Shown here one piece after another: positions 9,069 to 18,503 of a stretch of DNA of 64,000 nt (position 1 is its first letter; the number at the start of each line of letters is the position of its first letter). The notes beneath the pieces are model-generated. The model searched no databases and was not told the DNA's origin. It saw only the letters and a program-made list of their open reading frames with translations. This DNA is from Bacteroidota bacterium. GTDB lineage: Bacteria > Bacteroidota > Bacteroidia > M30B66. Both the position numbers and the translations under genes were made by a program. The stretch covers positions 19,625-83,624 of the forward strand of contig CANHIS010000002.1 in the NCBI GenBank assembly GCA_947460255.1. Direction: 5' to 3'.

Positions 9069-10892
9069 ATGAGAATCAAATTTTATCTTTTTACTGCTTT
9101 GCTGATGATCGCCAATATCCTCTCTGCCAGAGATCAACACACTTTTGCTCGTCCTGAGGAAGTTGTAGTAAGGCATTTAAGCCTCCAACTTCAACTCGAT
9201 TTCGAACAAAAGATCGCCACAGGAACAGCCAAGCTCGATTTAGACAGAAAAACCAAATCGAACCAAGTAATTCTCGACACTAAAAACCTCGAAATATTAG
9301 CAGTTACGCTCGACGATGGCCGAAAAGCGAGTTACAAATTAGGCGATGAAATTCCTTTTCTTGGCCGATCACTCACCATCGAATTGTTGCCTGAAACCAA
9401 GTTTGTTACTGTGAAATACAAAACCACAAAATCGTCAGACGCCGTTCAGTGGCTCGATCCAGAACAAACCTTTGCCAAAAAACATCCATTTCTTTTCACG
9501 CAAGGCCAAGCAATTCTTACTAGAACTTGGATTCCCTTGCAGGATTCTCCGGGTATCCGATTCACTTGGGACGCCTCGATCACGCTTCCCAAAGAACTCA
9601 TGGCGGTGATGAGTGGCACAAATCCACAGGAAAAAAACGAATTAGGCGTTTACAATTTTCGCATGGAACTACCTGTTCCAGCCTATCTGATTGCCCTTGC
9701 GGCGGGCGATCTTCAGTTTTCTCCAATCGGGAAACGCTGCGGTGTGTATGCAGAACCCGAACAGTTGCAAAAGGCCGCTACCGAATTTGCCGACATGGAG
9801 AAAATGCTCATTGCAGCCGAAAAGCTTTATGGGCCGTACATTTGGGGACGTTATGATGTGATTGTGCTTCCGCCTTCTTTCCCCTTCGGCGGGATGGAAA
9901 ATCCTCGACTCACCTTTGCAACACCCACAATTATAGCAGGCGATGGATCGCTTACATCCTTGATTGCACATGAGTTAGCACACAGCTGGTCGGGAAATTT
10001 AGTCACCAATTCCACCTGGGATGATTTCTGGCTCAATGAAGGATTTACGGTGTATTTCGAACGCCGAATTATGGAAGCTCTTTACGGGAAAGATTACGCC
10101 ATGATGCTGTCGGTATTGGGTTTCGACGATCTAAAAGAAACCCTTGAAGAACTCAAAGACGCACCCGAAGACACCAAATTGAAACTCAAACTCGAAGGCC
10201 GTGATCCCGACGATGGCATGTCGGATATTGCCTACGAAAAAGGTTGCTTGTTGCTCGAATATCTTGAAAGTCAGGTAGGTCGAGAAAAGTTCGACTTGTT
10301 TCTTACGGCATATTTCAAGGAGTTCACCTTCAAAGGAATGGACACCGACAAGTTTATTAAGTATGCTAAAAGGAAGTTAGCCTTATCGGCTGAAGTTGAA
10401 GCTGTAATGCTCCAGTTTATCTTCGAGCCAGGACTTCCATCAATTGTTAAACCACCAGCTTCTGCAAAATTTGCTGCAGTGGAAAAACTGGCAGATCGCT
10501 TCCAATCAAAGCAAATATCAACCAAGGATTTGCCCGTGAAAGATTGGTCGACCCACGAATGGTTACATTTCATCAGATCTTTAGATCCAATGATGGAACA
10601 GTCGCTGGCCGATCAAATGAATAGCGATTTCGGATTGTCGAAACATGGCAACTCAGAAATTCGCTTTGCTTGGCTGATGAATCGAATTGCTGCTGGTGAC
10701 GCTTCATCGGCAGACGATACAGACCAGTTTTTAGGAAGCGTTGGCCGAAGAAAATTCGTCCTCCCATTGTACCGTGCCATGAGCCGAAAACCAGAGATCT
10801 ATTCAACAGCAAAAGATGTTTATAAACGCCACCGGTCGGGTTATCACGCTGTTACACGCCAAAGTGTGGATGAACTTTTCAACACCAAATAA
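9069..10892 (+). CDS. M1 family aminopeptidase, leukotriene A4 hydrolase-like
   Basis: GGMENP, HELAHSWSGNLVT and WLNEGFTVY motifs, plus a helical LTA4H-type C-terminal domain. The signal peptide MRIKFYLFTALLMIANILSA starts at ATG 9069. Confidence 0.85.
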   Translation: MRIKFYLFTALLMIANILSARDQHTFARPEEVVVRHLSLQLQLDFEQKIATGTAKLDLDRKTKSNQVILDTKNLEILAVTLDDGRKASYKLGDEIPFLGRSLTIELLPETKFVTVKYKTTKSSDAVQWLDPEQTFAKKHPFLFTQGQAILTRTWIPLQDSPGIRFTWDASITLPKELMAVMSGTNPQEKNELGVYNFRMELPVPAYLIALAAGDLQFSPIGKRCGVYAEPEQLQKAATEFADMEKMLIAAEKLYGPYIWGRYDVIVLPPSFPFGGMENPRLTFATPTIIAGDGSLTSLIAHELAHSWSGNLVTNSTWDDFWLNEGFTVYFERRIMEALYGKDYAMMLSVLGFDDLKETLEELKDAPEDTKLKLKLEGRDPDDGMSDIAYEKGCLLLEYLESQVGREKFDLFLTAYFKEFTFKGMDTDKFIKYAKRKLALSAEVEAVMLQFIFEPGLPSIVKPPASAKFAAVEKLADRFQSKQISTKDLPVKDWSTHEWLHFIRSLDPMMEQSLADQMNSDFGLSKHGNSEIRFAWLMNRIAAGDASSADDTDQFLGSVGRRKFVLPLYRAMSRKPEIYSTAKDVYKRHRSGYHAVTRQSVDELFNTK

Positions 10893-10947
10893 GTTGCGCC
10901 ACACATCGCTGATAAATTCCTTAGGTTTGCTGAAAATTTAAAACATC

Positions 10948-11460
10948 ATGCCACTCAATAGTACTGCATTTAAAGGTTACACAATCGATTTGATCGACGA
11001 CCTTCCTGAAGTGAATGAAAATGCTTTCGATTTCACTTTTGTAAAAATTGATTTAACTGAAAGTTCACTTTACGACTTCGATAACAAAGTAAAAGTATTG
11101 ATCGGCTTGCCTAGCCTAGATACTGGCGTTTGTCAAAGAGAAGCACGCCAATTCAACGAAAAACTAAATGCAAAAGAGGGTGTGGTTGGAATTATAGTTT
11201 CTAAGGATCTTCCTTTTGCCATGAAGCGTTTTTGCGAAGCTGAAGGCCTCACCAACATTGTTCCGGCATCAGATTTCCGTTACAACGATTTCAGTTCAGA
11301 ATACAATACCGAAATGACCAACGGACCATTAAAAGGTCTCATTGCACGTACCGTTTTTGTTGTAGATAAAAACAACAAAATCCGTCACGTTGAAATCACG
11401 CCAGACATTACTGTTGAGCCTGATTACGACAAGATCCTCAGTGTTGTAGATTCTCTTTAA
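10948..11460 (+). CDS. tpx: thiol peroxidase Tpx
   Basis: 170 aa with the LPSLDTGVCQ peroxidatic Cys context and overall Tpx length and layout. Confidence 0.88.
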   Translation: MPLNSTAFKGYTIDLIDDLPEVNENAFDFTFVKIDLTESSLYDFDNKVKVLIGLPSLDTGVCQREARQFNEKLNAKEGVVGIIVSKDLPFAMKRFCEAEGLTNIVPASDFRYNDFSSEYNTEMTNGPLKGLIARTVFVVDKNNKIRHVEITPDITVEPDYDKILSVVDSL

Positions 11461-11475
11461 TCACACAGAACTCCA

Positions 11476-11520
11476 ATAAAAAAGCTCCACTGTTTCGCAA
11501 CGGTGGAGCTTTTTCTTTTC
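11476..11520. terminator. bidirectional terminator between convergent tpx and the kinase gene
   Basis: Stem AGCTCCAC / GTGGAGCT, flanked by an A-run on the left and TTTTCTTTTC on the right. Confidence 0.6.
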
Positions 11521-11532
11521 TAGTTGATTGGG

Positions 11533-12459
11533 TTATTCAACCAACGAAATATCAAATTGAACCAAGTCGATGAATTGCTGAACGCGTTCATCCACTTCTA
11601 CACTATTCAAATTTTGGATTCTTTCAGTTCCAAATTTCTCCACACTGAATGATGCCATTGCTGATCCAAAGATCACGGCACGCTTCATATTGTCGAACGA
11701 AATGTCTTTGGTTTCTGCAATGTATCCGATGAAACCACCTGCAAAGCTATCGCCAGCGCCGGTTGGATCGAATACTTCTTCCAATGGAAGGGCTGGAGCG
11801 AAGAACACTTGGTCGCTGTTAAACAACAGTGCACCGTGCTCTCCTTTTTTAATGATCAAATATTTCGGCCCCATCGCTAGGATCTTCTGAGAAGCCTTCA
11901 CCAAAGAATATTCACCTGAAAGTTGACGCGCTTCTTCATCATTGATTGTAAGCACATCAACGCGCTTCAACAAGGAAGTAAGTTCATCAAGCGCAATGTC
12001 CATCCAGAAATTCATGGTGTCGAGCACAACCAATTTCGGACGGTTAGCCAAACGATCCAACACTTGGTGTTGAACAGATGGTGCAAGATTTCCCAACATC
12101 AAGAACTCACAGTCTTGATATTCAGCAGGAATGGTTGGATCGAAAGTCGCCAACACGTTGAGCTGTGTGTCAAGTGTATCGCGAGAATTCATGTCGTTGT
12201 GGTATTTCCCACTCCAAAAGAAAGTTTTCTCTCCTTGCTTAATCTGCAAACCGTCGGTGTTTACCTTACGTTTCTGCAACATCGCAATAGCTTCTTGTGG
12301 AAAGTCGTCGCCAACTACCGAAACCAAATTGATTTTTGAAGTGAAATAGGAAGCAGCTAGCGAAATGAAGGTCGCTGCACCACCTACAATTTTATCGGTT
12401 TTACCGAATGGGGTTTCAATGGCGTCGAAGGCAACTGTGCCGATAACCAATAGGCTCAT
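11533..12459 (-). CDS. PfkB family carbohydrate/nucleoside kinase
   Basis: 308 aa with the C-terminal PfkB signature DPTGAGDSFAGGFIGY and an N-terminal GGAA motif. Confidence 0.85.
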   Translation of the reverse strand: MSLLVIGTVAFDAIETPFGKTDKIVGGAATFISLAASYFTSKINLVSVVGDDFPQEAIAMLQKRKVNTDGLQIKQGEKTFFWSGKYHNDMNSRDTLDTQLNVLATFDPTIPAEYQDCEFLMLGNLAPSVQHQVLDRLANRPKLVVLDTMNFWMDIALDELTSLLKRVDVLTINDEEARQLSGEYSLVKASQKILAMGPKYLIIKKGEHGALLFNSDQVFFAPALPLEEVFDPTGAGDSFAGGFIGYIAETKDISFDNMKRAVIFGSAMASFSVEKFGTERIQNLNSVEVDERVQQFIDLVQFDISLVE

Positions 12460-12469
12460 AGAGTGTTGT

Positions 12470-13666
12470 TTATTTTTTGTTTGGGTAAACTTTGAGTGCT
12501 TCGCGAAGGATGTCTACGCATTTTTGAAGATCCGTTAAATTGAGCACGTATCCAATTCTTACTTCATCCTTTCCTGATCCTGGAGTAGAGTAGAAGCCTG
12601 TTGCAGGCGCAAGCATAACTGTTGCATTCTCGTAACGGAAATCCTCCAACAACCATTGGCAGAAATGATCTGAGTCTTTAATGGGAAGTCGTGCCATGGC
12701 ATAAAATGCACCTTTCGGCTTCGGACAAAATACACCCGGAATGCTGTTTAAGCCATCAACCATAAGGTCTCTTCTGGCAACATATTCACTAACCACAGCT
12801 TCAAAATAAGAGTCTGGAGTATCAAGTGCAGCTTCAGAAGCAATTTGTCCGAATGTTGGTGGACTTAATCTTGCTTGCGCGAATTTGAGAGCTGTTTGCA
12901 TCACTTCCGCATTACGGGTAACCATTGCACCGATACGTGCGCCGCACATGCTGTAACGTTTAGATACCGAATCGATCAGAATTACATTGTTCTCCAAACC
13001 TTCCAACTGCATGGCTGAGAAGAAAGTCTCCCCATCGTAGCAGAATTCTCTATACACTTCATCAGCAAACAGATACAAATCGTGGCGAAGAAGAATTTCA
13101 CGGAGCTTTTCAAGTTCTGCACGTGAATACAAATAACCTGTTGGGTTGCCCGGATTTGAAATGAGGATCGCCTTTGTTTTTGGCGTGATCAATTGCTCGA
13201 ACGACTCCACTGGAGGAAGCGCGAACCCTTCGTCGATGGTCGATTTTACTGGAACCACAACAGCACCCGCAGTTTGCGCGAAGCTGAGGTAGTTTGCATA
13301 AAAAGGTTCAGGAACAATGATTTCATCGCCCGGATCGAGGCAAGTCATGATGCCAAACAACAATGCTTCAGAACCACCAGTGGTGATCATGATTTGGTTA
13401 TGGTCGACAGTAATTCCGTTTTTGCTGTAGTATGTAGAAAGTTTCCGTCGGTAACTTTCATTTCCAGCGCTGTGGCTGTATTCAATTACCTTAAGGTCGG
13501 TGTTCTTGATCGCTTGTAATGCAACATCAGGTGTTTGGATGTCGGGCTGACCAATGTTGAGGTGGTAGATTTTTACCCCTTGTGATTTCGCTTTTTCGGC
13601 GAAGGGTACCAATTTTCTGATTGGAGACGCAGGAAGTTGAATTCCTTTCTGGGAGATGCTTGGCAT
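12470..13666 (-). CDS. pyridoxal phosphate-dependent aminotransferase (class I, aspartate aminotransferase-like)
   Basis: 398 aa with a NPGNPTG motif and a PLP-lysine context SVSKRYSMCGARIG. Confidence 0.9.
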   Translation of the reverse strand: MPSISQKGIQLPASPIRKLVPFAEKAKSQGVKIYHLNIGQPDIQTPDVALQAIKNTDLKVIEYSHSAGNESYRRKLSTYYSKNGITVDHNQIMITTGGSEALLFGIMTCLDPGDEIIVPEPFYANYLSFAQTAGAVVVPVKSTIDEGFALPPVESFEQLITPKTKAILISNPGNPTGYLYSRAELEKLREILLRHDLYLFADEVYREFCYDGETFFSAMQLEGLENNVILIDSVSKRYSMCGARIGAMVTRNAEVMQTALKFAQARLSPPTFGQIASEAALDTPDSYFEAVVSEYVARRDLMVDGLNSIPGVFCPKPKGAFYAMARLPIKDSDHFCQWLLEDFRYENATVMLAPATGFYSTPGSGKDEVRIGYVLNLTDLQKCVDILREALKVYPNKK

Positions 13667-13671
13667 ATAAA

Positions 13672-13699
13672 ATAAAAAACCCCGATCTGAGGATCGGGG
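13672..13699 (-). terminator. rho-independent terminator after the DUF1573 gene
   Basis: CCCCGATC-TGAG-GATCGGGG hairpin (13680-13699), followed on the minus strand by a T-run (plus-strand A-run 13672-13679). Confidence 0.65.
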
Positions 13700-13731
13700 T
13701 GCAAAGATGATAAATTTTCAGGCTCGAAAGA

Positions 13732-14211
13732 TTATTTTTCGAGTGGAGCCATTCCTTGCTTTTTCTCAGGCATGCCTGCATCAGCTGGTGGTGGCTCAAC
13801 GTTTCCTTTGATATAAAGCATTTTCGTTCCAGTTTTTTCTTTCGAAGCATCCTGGATGGTTAACGTTACGTTTTTGTTGATTGCGCCTGCACGCTTTGTA
13901 TCGTAGCTCACACGAATTGAGCCAGTTTTGCCTGGTGCAATGGCTTCTTTTGGCCATTCTGGAACTGTACAGCCACATGATCCACGCGCATTGGTGATCA
14001 AAAATGGTTCTTTTCCATTGTTCGTAAATGTGAACTCACAAGTTCCATCACCACCATTTTTGATGGTACCGTAATCGTGAGTTTCTTTTTCAAACTGGAT
14101 GCTTGGCGTCCAATTTTGCTCAGTTGACGGTGTAGGTGCAGCTGGTGCTTGTGCGTTTACAGCAACGAGGCCGGAAAGCGCAAAAACAAGGGTTAAAAAA
14201 GAGCGTTTCAT
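13732..14211 (-). CDS. DUF1573 domain protein (secreted)
   Basis: Signal peptide, then HDYGTIKNGGDGTCEFTFTNNGKEPFLITNARGSCGCTVPEWPKEAIAPGKTGSI, the DUF1573 signature. Confidence 0.85.
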   Translation of the reverse strand: MKRSFLTLVFALSGLVAVNAQAPAAPTPSTEQNWTPSIQFEKETHDYGTIKNGGDGTCEFTFTNNGKEPFLITNARGSCGCTVPEWPKEAIAPGKTGSIRVSYDTKRAGAINKNVTLTIQDASKEKTGTKMLYIKGNVEPPPADAGMPEKKQGMAPLEK

Positions 14212-14274
14212 TTCAGAGAGCTGTTGTTAGAGTTATAAGTGACAAATGTAATTTTTCTGTTTGAAATTTCAACC

Positions 14275-14781
14275 TTAGTGAGGAATTGGAGAATTCACTG
14301 GTGTTGGTTTGTTTTTAGGATCCGCCATCGGAGCAATTACTGCCTTACCTTTCGTTGGTGTTGAACCTTCTGCCTTGCCGTTTACGTTACCTTTAATTGT
14401 AAGTTTCGTAGTTCCCGTTTTATCTTGGTTGGCTCCACTTACAATTGTTACTGTAACATCTTTGGTGAAAGCTCCCGGGCGGCCTTCAGAATTGTAACCT
14501 ACTTTAATTTTTCCTGTTTTTCCTGGAGCAATCGGCGTTTTAGGCCATTCTGGAGTTGTGCATCCGCAGCTTGCCTGCGCAGTTTGAATTGAAATCGGCT
14601 CCTTGCCAGTGTTGGTAAAATCGAATTCGTATGTAGCAACCGGACCTTCAGGAATTCCGCCAAAATCATGCGTTGTTTGCTCGAATTTAATCGTTGGTGT
14701 CCAGTTGATATCTGTCGAAGCTGGCTGAGCTGCAAGCGATAAACTACCGCTAAGTATCAGCATTGAAAAGAAATGTTTCAT
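14275..14781 (-). CDS. DUF1573 domain protein (secreted), tandem paralog
   Basis: HDFGGIPEGPVATYEFDFTNTGKEPISIQTAQASCGCTTPEWPKTPIAPGKTGKI. The start is chosen at ATG 14781 (MKHFFSMLILSGSLSLAAQ signal peptide) rather than the track start at 14829. Confidence 0.85.
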   Translation of the reverse strand: MKHFFSMLILSGSLSLAAQPASTDINWTPTIKFEQTTHDFGGIPEGPVATYEFDFTNTGKEPISIQTAQASCGCTTPEWPKTPIAPGKTGKIKVGYNSEGRPGAFTKDVTVTIVSGANQDKTGTTKLTIKGNVNGKAEGSTPTKGKAVIAPMADPKNKPTPVNSPIPH

Positions 14782-14990
14782 AGTTTGTTTCGTGCGTTTT
14801 AGGTTTTTAAAACCGGCGCGACATTGCAATTATTAAGCCAAAAACTTCATGCAATGATCGACTTCCACAAATGAACAAAAACCAATTGTCCTTGTCAAGT
14901 CTTGCCTACCTGAGTAGATAAATCTTAACCATTTATTCAAATTCAAACTGCCCGAAAAAAGCGCTATTTTTGCCGCCCTCAGTCTTAAGT

Positions 14991-17624
14991 ATGGAAATCC
15001 CTAAACAATACAACCCCGCTTCAATAGAAGACAAATGGTACAGTACATGGATGGAAAAAGGACTCTTCCGTTCCGTTCCCGATGGTCGTGAATCTTTCAC
15101 GGTCGTTATTCCTCCGCCAAATGTTACCGGTGTATTGCACATGGGACACATGCTCAACAATACCATCCAAGATGTACTCGTTCGTCGTGCCCGTCTTCAA
15201 GGAAAAAATGCTTGCTGGGTTCCTGGAACCGACCACGCATCCATCGCTACTGAAGCAAAAGTGGTGAACAAATTGCACGAACAAGGCATCGAGAAAAATA
15301 GCCTCAGCCGCGAAGAATTTCTAAAGCACGCTTGGGAATGGACCGATAAACACGGCGGGATTATCCTCGAACAACTCAAGAAACTCGGAGCTTCCTGCGA
15401 TTGGGAACGCACCAAGTTCACTATGGATGACGACATGAACCGCGCCGTTACCAATGTATTCATCGACCTTTACAAAAAAGGCTTGGTGTACCGAGGCGTG
15501 CGAATGGTGAATTGGGATCCAAAGGCGCAAACTGCGCTTTCTGACGAAGAAGTAATCTACCGTGAAACGCCTTCTAGGTTGTTTCATGTGCGCTATCAAA
15601 TCAAAGATTCCGATCAAACAATCACCATTGCCACAACTCGTCCAGAAACCATTCTCGGTGATACCGCAATTTGTGTTCACCCTGAAGATGAGCGTTATAC
15701 AAGCCTCATCGGGAAAACTGTATTTGTGCCTTTGGTGAACCGAGAAATTCCAATCATCGCCGATGAATACGTTGACCGTGAATTCGGAACTGGAGCGCTC
15801 AAAGTAACCCCAGCCCACGATGTAAACGACTACAACCTTGGGATCAAGTACAATCTTCCAGTGGTGGATGTTATTGCTTCCGATGGAACCATGAGCGCCG
15901 CAGCGCAACTCTATATTGGTCGCGACCGATTTGATGTTCGTAAGCAGATTGTGAAAGACATCGATGCAGCTGGTCAGCTCGATAAAATCGAAGACATTAA
16001 AAACAATGTCGGATATTCCGAAAGGACCGATGCTGTGATTGAGCCTAGATTGTCGATGCAGTGGTTCGTGAAAATGGAAGTGCTTGCCAAACCTGCGCTC
16101 GACGTGGTTAACGAAGGCAAGGTAAAGTTACATCCTGCCAAATTCATCAATACGTATAAGTATTGGATGGAGAACGTGAAGGATTGGTGCATCTCTCGCC
16201 AACTTTGGTGGGGACAACGCATTCCTGCTTGGTACGACAACACAGGCGATGTTGTGGTTGCTGCCAATTTGGAAGGCGCCATGGCGGAATTTGCCGCGAA
16301 GGGAAAAAATGTCACAGCTGCCGAAATTCGTCAGGACGAAGACGTGGTTGATACTTGGTTCTCTTCTTGGCTATGGCCGATCACCGTGTTTGATGCTGAT
16401 GCAGTGATTAAAAATCCAGCCGATTTTAATGCGGATCTGAAATATTATTATCCAACCAAAGATCTTGTTACAGCTCCGGAAATCCTCTTTTTCTGGGTGG
16501 CGAGAATGATCATGGCTGGAATGGAATATTGTGGCGACATCCCATTTTCAAATGTGTACCTCACAGGGATCGTGCGCGACAAACAAGGCCGTAAAATGTC
16601 GAAGTCGCTCGGAAATTCGCCCGATCCGATCGAATTGATTGAAAAGTTTGGTGCCGATGGCGTACGTCTCGGAATGCTTTTGACTTCCCCGGCAGGGAAC
16701 GATTTGCCTTTCGATGAAAGCATGTGCGAACAAGGCAGAAACTTCAGCAACAAAATTTGGAATGCTTTCCGTTTGGTGAAAGGATGGACTGTAGAGGATA
16801 AAGAACCTACCCAAGCTTCTCGTGAGGCTACTGCTTGGTTTGGATCGCACTTGGCTGCCACCATCGCCGAAGTGGATGATTTGTTCTCAAAGTACCGCAT
16901 TTCGGAAGCCTTGATGACTTTGTACAAGCTCACTTGGGATGATTTCTGCGCTTGGTATCTCGAAGCGGTGAAACCAGGATTTGAGCAAAGCATCGACCGT
17001 GAAACCTTCGAAGCAACAATTGGATATTTCGAAGATCTGTTGCGTTTGTTGCACCCATTTATTCCGTTTATCTCGGAAGAAATTTGGCAGTATCTCCGCG
17101 AGCGGGAAGACGACAATCTGCTCATCGTGAACCACATGCCAAAGACTGTTGCAGCGGATGCCAAATTGAACGCAGAATTCGATTTGATCCGTGAGGTAAT
17201 TGCTGCTGTGCGTGCTTTCAGAAACGACAAAGGACTTTCTCCGAAGGAAGCTTTGAGATTGAGCTGCAAGAGTCGTTCGGCAAGCAATCAATTGCCATTT
17301 GATGCTGTTTTATTCAAATTGGCAAACCTTGAGGCAATCGATTATGTAAGCGAAAAGCCTGAAGGCACTTTGGCGATGTTGGTGCGCACTGAAGAAATCT
17401 TCTTGCCGGTTGGTGAAATTTCCGATCCAGAAGCGGAGCGCGAAAAATTACAGAAGGAACTCACTTATACAGAAGGTTTCTTGACATCGGTTGAGAAAAA
17501 ATTAAGCAATGAGCGTTTTGTGAGCAATGCAAAACCAGAAGTTGTAGCGATGGAACAGAAAAAAATGCAAGACGCTGTACAACGAATCAAAGTGTTGAAA
17601 GAGCAGCTGGAAGCCTTGGTATAA
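14991..17624 (+). CDS. valS: valine--tRNA ligase
   Basis: HIGH-type motif [13 protein letters not shown], a KMSKS motif, and a C-terminal coiled coil. The start [17 protein letters not shown] is at ATG 14991; the track begins at an upstream TTG. Confidence 0.97.
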   Translation: MEIPKQYNPASIEDKWYSTWMEKGLFRSVPDGRESFTVVIPPPNVTGVLHMGHMLNNTIQDVLVRRARLQGKNACWVPGTDHASIATEAKVVNKLHEQGIEKNSLSREEFLKHAWEWTDKHGGIILEQLKKLGASCDWERTKFTMDDDMNRAVTNVFIDLYKKGLVYRGVRMVNWDPKAQTALSDEEVIYRETPSRLFHVRYQIKDSDQTITIATTRPETILGDTAICVHPEDERYTSLIGKTVFVPLVNREIPIIADEYVDREFGTGALKVTPAHDVNDYNLGIKYNLPVVDVIASDGTMSAAAQLYIGRDRFDVRKQIVKDIDAAGQLDKIEDIKNNVGYSERTDAVIEPRLSMQWFVKMEVLAKPALDVVNEGKVKLHPAKFINTYKYWMENVKDWCISRQLWWGQRIPAWYDNTGDVVVAANLEGAMAEFAAKGKNVTAAEIRQDEDVVDTWFSSWLWPITVFDADAVIKNPADFNADLKYYYPTKDLVTAPEILFFWVARMIMAGMEYCGDIPFSNVYLTGIVRDKQGRKMSKSLGNSPDPIELIEKFGADGVRLGMLLTSPAGNDLPFDESMCEQGRNFSNKIWNAFRLVKGWTVEDKEPTQASREATAWFGSHLAATIAEVDDLFSKYRISEALMTLYKLTWDDFCAWYLEAVKPGFEQSIDRETFEATIGYFEDLLRLLHPFIPFISEEIWQYLREREDDNLLIVNHMPKTVAADAKLNAEFDLIREVIAAVRAFRNDKGLSPKEALRLSCKSRSASNQLPFDAVLFKLANLEAIDYVSEKPEGTLAMLVRTEEIFLPVGEISDPEAEREKLQKELTYTEGFLTSVEKKLSNERFVSNAKPEVVAMEQKKMQDAVQRIKVLKEQLEALV

Positions 17625-17664
17625 GAAGAGTTACGAAAATTGGTCTCTGTAATTTCAATGTTTA

Positions 17665-17711
17665 CGAGCTGAATCGTCTCTCTCCAGTGGAGAGAGATAA
17701 GAGAGAGAGGT
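17665..17711. repeat. 47-bp intergenic direct repeat, copy 1
   Basis: CGAGCTGAATCGTCTCTCTCCAGTGGAGAGAGATAAGAGAGAGAGGT, identical to 17772-17818. It contains the hairpin TCTCTCTCC-AGT-GGAGAGAGA. Confidence 0.95.
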
Positions 17712-17771
17712 TTATCGAAGCTTTAGTATAATACGAATTCTGACTATAGGCATCTCCAATCACCATTGCTT

Positions 17772-17818
17772 CGAGCTGAATCGTCTCTCTCCAGTGGAGA
17801 GAGATAAGAGAGAGAGGT
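17772..17818. repeat. 47-bp intergenic direct repeat, copy 2
   Basis: Perfect copy of 17665-17711, 107 bp downstream. It is followed by a second hairpin, CCACGGAC-TAAA-GTCCGCGG, at 17826-17845. Confidence 0.95.
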
Positions 17819-17894
17819 CTTCAATCCACGGACTAAAGTCCGCGGCTGCAAGGAGTTTCCTCAATACTCATTACTTAAGACTTAATACTATCTT

Positions 17895-18434
17895 CTACCG
17901 CTCCCCAATCAACGTACCTAAAGCCGAAATTCCTTCAGCAGTTCCTTCGAAATAATTACCCAATTTTAAATGCGGAATAATGACATTTTGAATTATTTCA
18001 GCAGTTTCTTCATCACTCAAAATTCGCTCAATTCCATAGCCATTGTGGATACGAATCATCCGCAGCGATCTTGATAAACAAAACAAGATGCCATTGTTTT
18101 TCTTTGAATCTCCTAAGCCCCAATGGTTGGCAAGTTTAAGTGTGTAGGCATCAAAATCTTCAACAGAAGTGTAATCCTCATTCAATGAAACTACACTGAT
18201 TTGAATGTCGAGCATCCGATTGTATTGCAAAAGGAGCTTATTCAACGAATCGATTTCTGCGATGCTGAACAACTGCTCGAAATCGTTCACCAAGCCGATG
18301 GGTTTGGGCAATTGGGCTTGGATCGTCAGACTTCTATTGAGCAGCGAATCTCTTTGTAAGAATTGGCTATTTAGTTCTACTTGAGTGATTAAACACAGGA
18401 AGGAAAAGCATAGGTGTAGTCGCCAGTTTTTCAT
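17895..18434 (-). CDS. TPM domain-containing protein (TLP18.3/Psb32/MOLO-1 phosphatase-like)
   Basis: 179 aa with a signal peptide. Motifs VNDFEQLFS..EIDSLNKLL, NNGILFCLS...IRIHNGYGIE and AEIIQNVIIPHLKLGNYFEG fit the TPM fold family. Confidence 0.78.
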   Translation of the reverse strand: MKNWRLHLCFSFLCLITQVELNSQFLQRDSLLNRSLTIQAQLPKPIGLVNDFEQLFSIAEIDSLNKLLLQYNRMLDIQISVVSLNEDYTSVEDFDAYTLKLANHWGLGDSKKNNGILFCLSRSLRMIRIHNGYGIERILSDEETAEIIQNVIIPHLKLGNYFEGTAEGISALGTLIGER

Positions 18435-18503
18435 AGCTGAAAAATAGTGAGTTAAAACCCAGTTTGCTTTTGGGGATCCCGAAGCTTACTCGGAATTCGG
18501 TAA

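Noticed and set aside
870-17291. Long antisense shadow ORFs inside ftsY (870..1337, 1365..1667), hflX (2354..3130), the M1 peptidase genes, and valS (15321..15908, 16448..17287, 16887..17291)
   Set aside because: Each overlaps a gene with strong family motifs on the opposite strand, and none shows recognisable motifs of its own.
17665-17818. Possible CRISPR array, given identical 47-bp repeats separated by 60 bp
   Set aside because: There are only two repeat copies and no cas genes in the window. The repeat is longer than typical CRISPR repeats and is dominated by a polypurine/polypyrimidine tract. It is better described as an intergenic direct repeat.
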